This document shows, piece after piece, positions 37,801 to 49,571 of a stretch of DNA of 64,000 nucleotides. Both the position numbers and the translations under genes were made by a program. The notes below the pieces were generated by a model. It was not told the DNA's origin. It worked only from the letters and a program-made list of their open reading frames with translations, and made no database searches. Every line of letters starts with the position of its first letter. The first letter of the stretch is position 1. This DNA is from Macrostomum hystrix (lineage: Eukaryota; Animalia; Platyhelminthes): positions 32,302,001 through 32,366,000 of the forward strand of contig CATNEN010000038.1 of the NCBI GenBank assembly GCA_950097015.1, given 5' to 3'.

Positions 37801-39625
37801 AGGTTAGTCAAGTGGGTCAACACATTATTCAAGTGAGTCAACAGGTTAGTCAAGTGGGTCAACAGGTTAGTCAAGTGGGTCAACCGGTTAGTCAAGTGGG
37901 TCAACAGGTTAGTCAAGTGAGTCAACAGGTTAGTCAAGTGGGTCAACCGGTTAGTCAAGTGGGTCAACACATTATTCAAGTGGGTCAACAGGTTAGTCAA
38001 GTGAGTCAACAGGTTAGTCAAGTGGGTCAACAGGTTAGTCAAGTGAGTCAACAGGTTAGTCAAGTGAGTCAACAGGTTAGTCAAGTGGGTCAACACATTA
38101 TTCAAGTGAGTCAACAGGTTAGTCAAGTGGGTCAACCGGTTAGTCAAGTGGGTCAACACATTATTCAAGTGGGTCAACAGGTTAGTCAAGTGAGTCAACA
38201 GGTTAGTCAAGTGGGTCAACACATTATTCAAGTGAGTCAACAGGTTAGTCAAGTGGGTCAACAGGTTAGTCAAGTGGGTCAACAGGTTAGTCAAGTGGGT
38301 CAACAGGTTAGTCAAGTGGGTCAACAGGTTAGTCAAGTGAGTCAACAGGTTAGTCAAGTGGGTCAACAGGTTAGTCAAGTGGGTCAACACATTATTCAAG
38401 TGAGTCAACAGGTTAGTCAAGTGGGTCAACAGGTTAGTCAAGTGGGTCAACAGGTTAGTCAAGTGAGTCAACAGGTTAGTCAAGTGGGTCAACAGGTTAG
38501 TCAATTGGGTCAACAGGTTAGTCAAGTGGGTCAACACATTATTCAAGTGAGTCAACAGGTTAGTCAAGTGGGTCAACAGGTTAGTCAAGTGAGTCAACAG
38601 GTTAGTCAAGTGGGTCAACACATTATTCAAGTGAGTCAACAGGTTAGTCAAGTGGGTCAACAGGTTAGTCAATTGGGTCAATAGGTTAGTCAAGTGGGTC
38701 AACAGGTTAGTCAATTGGGTCAATAGGTTAGTCAAGTGAGTCAACAGGTTAGTCAAGTGAGTCAACAGGTTAGTCAAGTGGGTCAACACATTATTCAAGT
38801 GAGTCAACAGGTTAGTCAAGTGAGTCAACAGGTTAGTCAAGTGAGTCAACAGGTTAGTCAAGTGGGTCAACACATTATTCAAGTGAGTCAACAGGTTAGT
38901 CAAGTGGGTCAACAGGTTAGTCAATTGGGTCAATAGGTTAGTCAAGTGGGTCAACAGGTTAGTCAATTGGGTCAATAGGTTAGTCAAGTGAGTCAACAGG
39001 TTAGTCAAGTGAGTCAACAGGTTAGTAAAGTGAGTCAACAGGTTTGTCAAGTGAGTCAACAGGTTAGTCAAGTGGGTCAACCGGTTAGTCAACTTTTGGC
39101 AATTTGCCAGGTGTCGCAGCTGCCGCAGCAGCAGCAGAGTAGGGATATTCGCCTGGCCCTGGTGGACTTTGTCGTCAGCCTGCGGACAGACGAACTCACT
39201 GGCCGGCTGGCCTATCCTTCTAGAAGAATCTTCTTGTCGTCCGCGGCTAGGTCACCCCAGCTGCAGTCGGAGCAGAAGCAGGCGCAGAAGCAGAAGACTT
39301 ACCTGCCACTGACGGAAGCTACCTGTGTGTTAGCACCGCTGCTGTCAGTTGAGCGCAATCTGTCCGTGCTGCGCGCCTTACTCGACGGCCTCTGCTCACT
39401 GGCTCCGCATCGCCCTCTCCTGCCATTGGAGCAGGCCGTCGTGCCGTTGATCGGCGGACTAATCAGCCTGCTGCAGCAGCGTCAGCCAGCCCAGCCGCTG
39501 CCGATTCTCACCTCAGCGTTGGCCGCAGTCAGATGGCTGGCTTCTTACCTGCCGGAGTGTCAGCTGCAGCTGCAGCAACAGTTGGCTAATGCAGTCTGTC
39601 AGATTCTAGCAGGACAGTTGCTCCG

Positions 39626-39658
<33 letters not shown>

Positions 39659-40872
39659 GTCGCCCATACGTCGCCTACAACCGCAGCAGCTGGCTCTAGC
39701 CTCTAGCGCTATGGCGGCGCTAACTCAGCTGCTAATTGAAGTGCCCGACGCTGTGGCCCCAGTGCTGCCCCAGATTGCCAACCTCCTGCCCGTGATGCAG
39801 AGGGGATGTTGCGGCGTTGGCGATAGTTTCATTGAAGAGGTCAGCAACATGAAAATGGCCTTTTCGAAAAAAATGGTCACTATCTTCGCGTATGGCCACA
39901 TAATTCTAGCCTCATAATGTGACACTCAGTAAAGATTTAATGAATAAATGATATACTATAATGTAAAAGCTCAGGAAAAACGTGTAAAAACATTAATAAA
40001 AGTGTGAACGCTTTGATATAATGTGTGAAAACTCGGTTATAAAGTGTGACCACTCTCGTAAAAAGTTTGAACGCTCAGTTATAAAGTGTGAACACCTTGG
40101 TAACAAGTGTGAATGCCTAGGTAAAAAACGTGAACACTAAGGAAAAATGGTGAACGCTCAGTTATAAAGTGTGAACACCTTGGTAACAAGTGTGAATGCC
40201 TAGGTAAAAAAACGTGAATACTAAGGAAAAAATGGTGAACGCTCAGTTATAAAGTGTGAACACCTTGGTAACAAGTGAGAATGCCTAGGTAAAAAACGTG
40301 AACACTAAGGAAAAATGGTGAACGCTCAGTTATAAAGTGTGAACATCTTGGTAACAAGTGAGAATGCCTAGGTAAAAAACGTGAACACTAAGGAAAAATG
40401 GTGAACGCTCAGTTATAAAGTGTGAACACCTTGGTAACAAGTGTGAATGCCTAGGTAAAAAAACGTGAACACTAAGGAAAAAATGGTGAACGCTCAGTTA
40501 TAAAGTGTGATTGCTTGAATGAGCTTTTTACTTATTGTAGCCTAACGTCGACGCCGACAATGACCCTGGCGTCTCACTGACGGTGCTGCACTTTCTAGCC
40601 TTTCTCAGTCGCCGGCCGGAACTGCTGGCCTCACTAAATGCGGACGAATTTCGTAGCCTAACATCAGCCGCTCTAGCTGGCTGTAATCCTGCCAGGTGCT
40701 CGTCCTATGGTGTCCAGTTGGCTCACGATCTAGTTACCAGGCTGTTGCTTAGCCTGCCCATTGGAGGTCGAAGATCTAGAGAAGCCAATTTTATTATCAA
40801 CAGCCTGACAGAGATGTTTGTTAGCGAACCCAACGATTTTCAATGCAGATTTACTACTCAGCAATCTAGACT

Positions 40873-40914
<42 letters not shown>

Positions 40915-43900
40915 GATTAAATTGGCTTTGAACGTTGCCAACAGGCGTAGATCCCCTGTCTATGGCGCATCTAATCACCTGACTAGTCGGCAGCTCAGCA
41001 ATGAGGATAGCACCGATAGGCCGCGCGGTGGCAGCCTGAATGAGCGAGCTATGAGCAAGTGAGTGTTGATTTGATGCGGTTGGTTTTTGCTGTTAAATGA
41101 ACATTTTAAGTTCTTTAGAGATTACTGAATAAGCAATTTGAACCGTTTTCTAGGTTAATGAGCAGTTTTATGTTCATTTTGTAGGTTTATGAGCAGTTTT
41201 AGATTCATTTTGTGGGTTTATGAGCAGTTGTATATTCATTTTGTAGGTTTATGAGCAGTTTTAGATTCATTTTGTAGGCTTATGAGCAGTTTTAGATTCA
41301 TTTTGTGGGTTTATGAGCAGTTTTAGATTCATTTTGTAGGCTTATGAGCAGTTTTAGATTCATTTTGTAGGCTTATGAGCAGTTTTAGATTCGTTTTGTA
41401 GGTTGATGAGCAGTTTTAGATTCATTTTGTAGGCTTATGAGCAGTTTTAGATTCATTTTGTAGGTTGATGAGCAGTTTTAGATTCATTTTGTAGGTTGAT
41501 GAGCACTTTTAGATTCATTTTGTAGGTTTATGTGCACTTTTAGATTCATTTTGTGGGTTTTTGAGCAGTTTTGGGATCATTTTGTCGGTTCATGAGCAGT
41601 TTTTATGTTTTTGTAGGTTAGTAAGTAGTTTAAGGTTCATTTTGTAGGTTTCTGAGTAGTTTTAGGATCATTTTGAAGGTTTATGAGCAGTTTTGGGATC
41701 ATTGGAAGGGTTATGAGCAGTTTTGGGATCATTGGAAGGGTTATGAGCAGTTTTAGATTCATTTTGTAGGTTTATGAGCACTTTTATATTCATTTTGTAG
41801 GTTAGTGAGTAGTTTAAAGTTCATTTTGTAGGTTTCTGAGCAGTTTTGGAATCATTTTGAAGGTTTATGAGCAGTTTTGGGATCATTTTTGAAGGTTTTT
41901 GAGCAGTTTTATGCTCATTTTTTAGGTTTTTTGAGCACTTCTCAATGATATGAGTCCAATCGTACATTGTAAGCGTTTGCTAATTAATATTTAATTAGCA
42001 GTAATTAGAAAGATATTTGAAAGTAAACAAAACATTTACAGCACATTGGAGTCTCTCTCTTTGGAGTGCGATGGGTAAGGCTTGACGACTGCTCGACGAA
42101 GCAATTTTTCTCGGTAAAAAGAACTATGAATCCTTCGCTGTTTCGACTAGAATATTATCCCAGCCGCCTTATCAGTGCCAAGCAGAGGGCGGAGTGTTTT
42201 TATCAAGGGCGTCTAAACATAGTGTTCGAGGGCTACGTTAATTTACTGTGGTTTTAACAGACTTTGATATTGTTCTGCTTAAAAATCGTTGCTTGAGTAC
42301 ATATTTATATTTTTTTATTTGCTAGCTTTAATTCCCTGCCCCATTAGATGCTACTGGTTAGCGGTTTCGGAAATTAGTTAAAATTCTTACAACTTATATG
42401 AGTTTTACGAAACAATGTAATGAAGTTAGTTTTGTCAATTTTGCATGAAAGTTCATTAAATTAATGCATGGCCAAGCATCTATACTAAATCTAATTTGAA
42501 TAACTTTTACAAAGAATATTCCTACTGTACTACTGATTTCAATCCGTCAGTAGCAAAACATGAAAATTTTGGTAAACAAGTGAAACGAGACTAAAAGGCT
42601 GAACCTATTCAATGCTAAAAACTAGATTTCCTTAACGAGCTTGTGTGTATCCAACTGCACATTTTGTGACCTCACCGTGTTGTGTAAGTTGAAACGTTTT
42701 TTCGGCACATTTCTAAGAATCCTAATCAATAAATAATCTAATGTTAGCTTACGTATTAACACATTGCGGCTCGCAGTCGTCAAACGTTATTCAAACGTTT
42801 TAATTGAAGTAATTCAAAATTTTAAATATGGCTTTTTAAAGTAAAAAGGCAAGAGAACACTCTCTGACTTAAAAGCTAGCTTTTTTATTAAATACTCCAA
42901 TACTTCACCTCGACAGTGTCTGTTTATCTAGCCAGTTTTGTGTCTTCAATACGCCATTACAATGTTTAGAATCATCCGCCGCTGTTCACCAGACATCCGT
43001 CCCCCCATTCTCCAGTTAATCATCCGCCCCCGTTCACCAGTCATCCGCCCTCATTCTCCAGTCATTCATCCGCCCCCGTTCACCAGTCATCCGCCCTCAT
43101 TTTCCAGTCATTTTTCCGCCCCCGTTCACCAGTCATCCGCCCCGTTCACCAGTCATCCACCCCCGTTTACTATTCATCCGCCCCCGTTCACCAGTCGTCC
43201 ACCCTTATTCACAAGTCATCCTCCATCATTCACCAGTCATCCGCCCCTATTCATAAGTCATTCGCCCCCGTTCACCAGTCATCCGCCCCCCATTCTCCTG
43301 TTAATCATCCGCCCCCCGTTCACCAGTCATCCGCCCCCATTTTCCAGTCATCCGACTCGTTCACCAGTTATCCGCCCCCGTTCACAAGTCATCCGCCCCC
43401 GTTCACCACTATTATCTGCTCCAGCCATTGTGAACCATAATAATCCGCCCTACGCCCCCCATCCGCCGCAGGCTTGTATCCGGGCTGCTACGCGCAGGAC
43501 CTCGCTCAGGTATTTCGGACGGGCTGCACGGTGGCCAGTCGCTGCTTCGCCTTGGCGACGTGGCCGCCTGCGATGCGCGCGAATTCAATCGCGACCTAGC
43601 TGCGGTCACCTGCGACCTGGCCGAGCATTACGCCCTGCTGCCTCTGCTAGATGAAGATGACTCTGGTGAGTCAGCTATCCACACCGAAACCAACCTTAAA
43701 TCCACCTTGAACCTATTTCAAATCCGCCCCTCAACAAATTTCAAATCTGCCACTTATCAGACATCAAATCCGCTCTTAACCAGCTTTAAATCCGCCCCTT
43801 AATCAACTTCAAATCCGCCCTCAAAATACTTTAAATCCGCCCCTGAACAAACCTCAAATCCTCCCTTAACCAACTTCAAATCCGCCCCTTTACCAGCTCT

Positions 43901-46660
43901 AATCCGTCCTTAAACAACTTCAAATCCGCCCTTAAACAAACTTCAAATCCGCCCTTAACCATCTTCAAATCCGCCCCTCAACAAATTTCAAATCTGCCAC
44001 TTATCAGACATCAAATCCGCTCTTAACCAACTTTAAATCCGCCCCTTAATCAACTTCAAATCCGCCCTCAAAATACTTTAAATCCGCCCCTGAACAAACC
44101 TCAAATCCTCCCTTAACCAACTTCAAATCCGCCCCTTTACCAGCTCTAATCCGTCCTTAAACAACTTCAAATCCGCCCTTAAACAAACTTCAAATCCGCC
44201 CTTAACCATCTTCAAATCCGCCCCTCAACAAATTTCAAATCTGCCACTTATCAGACATCAAATCCGCTCTTAACCAACTTTAAATCCGCCCCTTAATCAA
44301 CTTCAAATCCGCCCTCAAAATACTTTAAATCCGCCCCTGAACAAACCTCAAATCCGCCCTTAACCAACTTCAAATCCGCCCCTTTACCAGCTCTAATCCG
44401 TCCTTAAACAACTTCAAATCCGCCCTTTAACAAACTTCAAATCCGCCCTTAACCATCTTCAAATCCGCCTCTCAACAAATTTCAAATCTGCCACTTATCA
44501 GACATCAAATCCGCTCTTAACCAGCTTTAAATCCGCCCCTTAATCAACTTCAAATCCGCCCTCAAAATACTTTAAATCCGCCCCTGAACAAACCTCAAAT
44601 CCGCCCTTAACCAACTTCAAATCCGCCCCTTTACCAGCTCTAATCCGTCCTTAAACAACTTCAAATCCGCCCTTTAACAAACTTCAAATCCGCCCTTAAC
44701 CATCTTCAAATCCGCCCCTCAACAAATTTCAAATCTGCCACTTATCAGACATCAAATCCGCTCTTAACCAACTTTAAATCCGCCCCTTAATCAACTTCAA
44801 ATCCGCCCTCAAAATACTTTAAATCCGCCCCTGAACAAACCTCAAATCCTCCCTTAACCAACTTCAAATCCGCCCCTTTACCAGCTCTAATCGGTCCTTA
44901 AACAACTTCTAATCCGCCCCTCAACCAGCTTCAAATCCGCCTTCAACAAAGATTGTGATACGAAATCATGTATTTTAATGTCTAATTGTTGAAATTCCGC
45001 TGCAGTGATGGGCTCCGATGCTTCAATAGTTCATCAATTATTGCGTGACGATATAAGTGGCAGCGATTCCACTCAAGCCTCTGTTGATCTGATCGATCAG
45101 ACTGCCGACGGCAATGTTCAGGCTGCTGCTCGAAATCAGCATCAGCAGCGGCAGCAGTATCGCTGGCTGATGGGCTCCAGTCTGGTTAGCATTGTTTCAG
45201 CGCCTCCGAGTGCCGGTGTTGCCGGTAGGTCAGAGGTTCGAATTCACCGAGTCGCCGGCGTCACCTCGGCTCTGCTGCATCTGCCACTGCAATCGCTGCC
45301 CAATAGCGGCGACGACGTTGAAAACGGCGGCGAGAACTCCGCGCCTTTGGCGGCGTTTCACGCGATCTACCGCGGCATGCTGACCACACCGACGATTCCT
45401 TTGAGACTACCGACAGACAGCGACCTGCTGCGGCTCTCCTGCGAGCGGCTGGACTCGATGCGGGTGCCCCAGGTGGGACAAACTGTCTGGCTTACTTTAA
45501 TTTGCATCATACTACTCATTTGTCTCATACTACTTATTTGTCTCATATTACTTTTTGTCTCTTACTAATTATCTGTGTCATACCACTCATCTGCCTCATA
45601 CTACTGATCTCTCTCACACTACTCATCTGTATCATACTACTGATCTCTCTCATACTACTCATCTGTATCATACTACCTATCTCTATCATACTACTCATCT
45701 GCCTCATACTACTGATCTCTCTCATACTACTCATCTGTATCATACTACTTATCCCTCATACTACTCATCTGCCTCATAATACTTTTTTCTCTCATACTAC
45801 TCATCTGTATCATACTACTTGTTTGTCTCATACTACTTTTTTTCACTATATCATTATTTGTCTCATACTACACGCCAATCTTATACATCGAGTTGTGATC
45901 GGCAAATGATACTACTGATGTGTCCTATACTACTCGCATATTCCAGGTGCACTCTATTGGTCTAGTCTATATCGATCAGCGCCAGTCGACCGAGTCAGAT
46001 TTTTTCTCCAACGAAGCGGGCTCGGCTCGCTACGCGGCCTTCCTGCGCCGCCTGGCCTCGCCGAGGGATCTACTTCGTAGCAGAGTGTCGTCCATAGACA
46101 GCCACAGCGGCGCCGGCGGCGGCACCGGCGGTTGGGACGCCGAAGACGACGGCCGCTGGCTCTGGCAGCTGCGATTAGGCTTGAAGACTGTCGCTTTTCA
46201 CGCTGTCACCGCAATGCGATCGGGCGGAGGCGTCAGCGGCGGCGGCAGAGAGGCGATGAATCGCAAGAAGCGTCTAGTTGGCAACGACCTGACAACAATT
46301 GTCTACGAGGAGAGCGGCGGTCGCTACGGTGTTGAGTCCATAGCAACGCAGTGCCTTTTCGCTCACGTTGTAGTCCAGCCACTGCCTGGCGGCTTCAACC
46401 GAGTCCGCCTGCTCACCAAGGATGTGCCGGGCCTGGCCTCGTCTCTGAGCGATTGGCGATTCTGTCTGGCTACAGACACCGCTTTGCCGCTGATTGCCTC
46501 GCAGCTGGCACTCATGGCCGACACGGCGGCTCAGCTGGCAGCAGGGACGCCGCGGGATGCCGACAATCCCGGCGGCAGCGTCTTCCTGGCCAGACTGCTG
46601 CAGCTGCGGCGAATTCGCAGCCTGGCCGAACGGGAGGCTGCGAGCCGACTGGCCGAATAG
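30337..46660 (+). CDS. TSC2: Tuberin (TSC2), Rheb GAP, ~1530 aa, 11 exons; no genomic ATG for exon 1
   Basis: Exons 30337-30546, 32053-32289, 33516-33935, 34389-34887, 35301-35547, 36922-37288, 39111-39839, 40541-41058, 43472-43665, 45006-45472, 45947-46660; phases are consistent. Tuberin-like motifs DSSITDKLRVLF, LWLAVRDLV, RIEALKCLT, LHFLAFLSRRP, RPRGGSLNER. Rap-GAP domain with HSIGLVY, FHAVTAM, KKRLVGND. Confidence 0.9.
30601..30966 (-). mobile_element. Full-length tRNA-derived SINE family A in TSC2 intron 1
   Basis: Minus strand GGGTCGGTGGCAGAGTGG (A box)...GTTCGATTCC (B box)...(ATT)n tail. Approximately 15-bp TSD ACTAGG(A/G)CAGGTGTG. Confidence 0.88.
30967..31998. repeat. 29-bp minisatellite in TSC2 intron 1
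   Basis: Unit ATAA(C/T)TAGGACAGGTGTGCT(A/T)TTTATTAG. Confidence 0.96.
32380..33290. repeat. 18-bp minisatellite in TSC2 intron 2
   Basis: Unit ATGAAATCCCAATTAGC(C/T). Confidence 0.96.
34915..35130. repeat. 34-bp repeat with palindromic core in TSC2 intron 4
   Basis: GGATCTCACCCCTGAGATCT(CCCC/CTCC)AGA..., ~5-6 copies. Confidence 0.85.
35670..36830. repeat. 26/18-bp mixed minisatellite in TSC2 intron 5
   Basis: GGGTGAGATTTGAG(GATTTGAG)TGTA. Confidence 0.95.
37350..39093. repeat. 21-bp minisatellite in TSC2 intron 6
   Basis: Unit GTCAACAGGTTAGTCAAGTG(G/A), with a CACATTATTC variant. Confidence 0.96.
40069..40510. repeat. 83-bp repeat (four ~21-bp subunits) in TSC2 intron 7
   Basis: GAACGCTCAGTTATAAAGTGTGAACACCTTGGTAACAAG..., ~5 copies. 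Confidence 0.92.
41150..41940. repeat. 31-bp minisatellite in TSC2 intron 8
   Basis: Unit GTAGGTTTATGAGCAGTTTTAGATTCATTTT. Confidence 0.93.
42970..43420. repeat. Degenerate 21-bp C-rich repeat at the end of TSC2 intron 8
   Basis: CCGCCCCCGTTCACCAGTCAT-like units. Confidence 0.85.
43700..44945. repeat. 247-bp higher-order repeat of ~22-bp subunits in TSC2 intron 9
   Basis: ctgccacttatcagacatc at 43747, 43994, 44241, 44488 and 44735; subunit AAATCCGCCCTTAACCAACTTC. Confidence 0.93.
45505..45875. repeat. 18-bp degenerate repeat in TSC2 intron 10
   Basis: CATACTACTCATCTGTAT / CATACTACTGATCTCTCT units. Confidence 0.85.
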
Positions 46661-46841
46661 TGTGCTGGCTGGGGGTGACCTCCGTCGAGTGTGGTCAACC
46701 GGACTTTATTGCTTCGAAGATTTTTCACTAATTCCTCGCCTTTGATCTGTCGCTTGTTCACTATAGTTGTTTTTGGTGTCTTTTTTTCTCATATTTCCAT
46801 TTTTTAGGGAGGTCAATGTCCACTTGTTTTATAATTTTATA

Positions 46842-49050
46842 GATTTCAAGATTCGGAAATGTCAGTTGTGGGTGATCAACTGACCCTCCTTTCAAGATTC
46901 GGAAATGTCAGTTGTGTGGGATCAACTGACCCTCCTTTCTAGATTCGGAAATGTCAGTTGTGGGGGATCAGCTGACCCTCCTTTCTAGATTCGAAAATAT
47001 CAGTTGTGTGGGATCAACTGACCATCCTTTCTAGATTCGGAAATGTCAGTTGTGGGGGATCAACTGACCCTCCTTTCAAGATTCGGAAATGTCAGTTGTG
47101 TGGGATCAACTGACCCTCCTTTCTAGATTCGGAAATGTCAGTTGTGTGGGATCAACTGACCATCCTTTCTAGATTCGGAAATGTCAGTTGTGTGGGATCA
47201 ACTGACCATCCTTTCTAGATTCGGAAATGTCAGTTGTGTGGGATCAACTGACCATCCTTTCTAGATTCGGAAATGTCAGTTGTGTGGGATCAACTGAACC
47301 TCCTTTCTAGATTCGGAAATGTCAGTTGTGGGGGATCAACTGACCCTCCTTTCAAGATTCGGAAATGTCAGTTGTGGGGGATCAGCTGAACCTCCTTTCT
47401 AGATTCGGAAATGTCAGTTGTGGGGGATCAACTGACCCTCCTTTCAAGATTCGGAAATGTCAGTTATGTGGGATCAACTGACCATCCTTTCAAGATTCGG
47501 AAATGTCAGTTGTGGGGGATCAACTGACCCTCCTTTCAAGATTCGGAAATGTCAGTTGTGTGGGATCAACTGACCCTCCTTTCAAGATTCGGAAATGTCA
47601 GTTGTGTGGGATCAACTGAACCTCCTTTCAAGATTCGGAAATGTCAGTTGTGTGGGATCAACTGAACCTCCTTTCTAGATTCGGAAATGTCAGTTGTGGG
47701 GGATCAACTGACCCTCCTTTCAAGATTCGGAAATGTCAGTTGTGGGGGATCAGCTGAACCTCCTTTCTAGATTCGGAAATGTCAGTTGTGTGGGATCAAC
47801 TGACCATCCTTTCTAGATTCGGAAATGTCAGTTGTGGGGGATCAACTGACCCTCCTTTCTAGATTCGGAAATGTCAGTTGTGGGGGATCAACTGACCCTC
47901 CTTTCAAGATTCGGAAATGTCAGTTGTGGGGGATCAGCTGAACCTCCTTTCTAGATTCGGAAATGTCAGTTGTGTGGGATCAACTGACCCTCCTTTCAAA
48001 ATTCCGAAAAGTCAGTTGTGTGGGATCAACTGACCCTCCTTTCAAGATTCGGAAATGTCAGTTGTGTGGGATCAACTGACCCTCCTTTCTAGATTCGGAA
48101 ATGTCAGTTGTGTGGGATCAACTGACCCTCCTTTCTAGATTCGGAAATGTCAGTTGTGTGGGATCAACTGACCCTCCTTTCAAGATTCGGAAATGTCAGT
48201 TGTGGGGGATCAGCTGAACCTCCTTTCTAGATTCGGAAATGTCAGTTGTGTGGCATCAACTGACCCTCCTTTCAAGATTCGGAAATGTCAGTTGTGTGGG
48301 ATCAACTGACCCTCCTTTCAAGATTCGGAAATGTCAGTTGTGTGGGATCAACTGACCCTCCTTTCTAGATTCGGAAATGTCAGTTGTGTGGGATCTACTG
48401 ACCCTCCTTTCTAGATTCGGAAATGTCAGTTGTGTGGGATCAACTGACCCTCCTTTCTAGATTCGGAAATGTCAGTTGTGTGGGATCAACTGACCATCCT
48501 TTCTAGATTCGGAAATGTCAGTTGTGTGGGATCAACTGACCCTCCTTTCTAGATTCGGAAATGTCAGTTGTGTGGGATCAACTGACCATCCTTTCTAGAT
48601 TCGGAAATGTCAGTTGTGTGGGATCAACTGACCGTCCTTTCTAGATTCGGAAATGTCAGTTGTGGGGGATCAACTGACCCTCCTTTCAAGATTCGGAAAT
48701 GTCAGTTGTGTGGGATCAACTGACCATCCTTTCAAGATTCGGAAATGTCAGTTGTGTGGGATCAACTGACCCACCTTTCTAGATTCGGAAATTTCAGTTG
48801 TGTGGGATCAACTGACCATCCTTTCTAGATTCGGAAATGTCAGTTGTGGGGGATCAACTGACCCTCCTTTCTAGATTCGGAAATGTCAGTTCTGGGGGAT
48901 CAACTGACCCTCCTTTCTAGATTCGGAAATGTCAGTTGTGTGGGATCAACTGACCCTCCTTTCTAGATTCGGAAATGTCAGTTCTGGGGGATCAACTGAC
49001 CCTCCTTTCTAGATTCGGAAATGTCTTTTTTGGGGGGTCAACTGACCCCT
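46842..49050. repeat. 46-bp minisatellite with internal inverted repeat, downstream of TSC2
   Basis: AGATTCGGAAAT-GTCAGTTG-TG(T/G)GGGAT-CAACTGAC-C(C/A)TCCTTTC(T/A), ~48 copies. Confidence 0.97.
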
Positions 49051-49571
49051 TTTTGATCCTCCTTTTTTAGTTTCGGGGACTGTGAAAACCCGTCTGGTTC
49101 GCTTGAAGTGTAATCTAGTGCAAACACTTTACCACCAAGTGTGTTTCAGGCATTAATGTTTAGCCTGATTATAGACAATTTTGTTAAATGTATTTTCAGT
49201 TAACACACGCTTATGCTTATTTATATAGAGAATTCTGTGATTTGTTTTATTTTCATCCCATATTTTTGCATGGCTTTAGAAGGTTTGTTCCATTTTTTTT
49301 AATCAGAGGGATAATACATAGAGAGACAGAGAGTTAGCAACTGCTGAAATTTACTGATTTCCTTATACCATTTGATTTTTAAACTGCTTGCACTCTGCAT
49401 TAAACATTGCAATGTTTGAATAAGCTTTAATAAACATTGTGGCTTGCTGATGAGGGCTGCATTTTACATATATTCTTTAACGATATTGGCATTACAGTTC
49501 CTGAAATTTAGCCACTAAAGTTCGATTTTTAATAATTTGCATCGATTTCGACTTGTCGAAAATACTGGGTC

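Noticed and set aside
37221-39092. 623-aa LTNLLTH heptad ORF and the complementary QQVSQVG ORFs
   Set aside because: These are translations of a 21-bp minisatellite lying inside a well-defined TSC2 intron.
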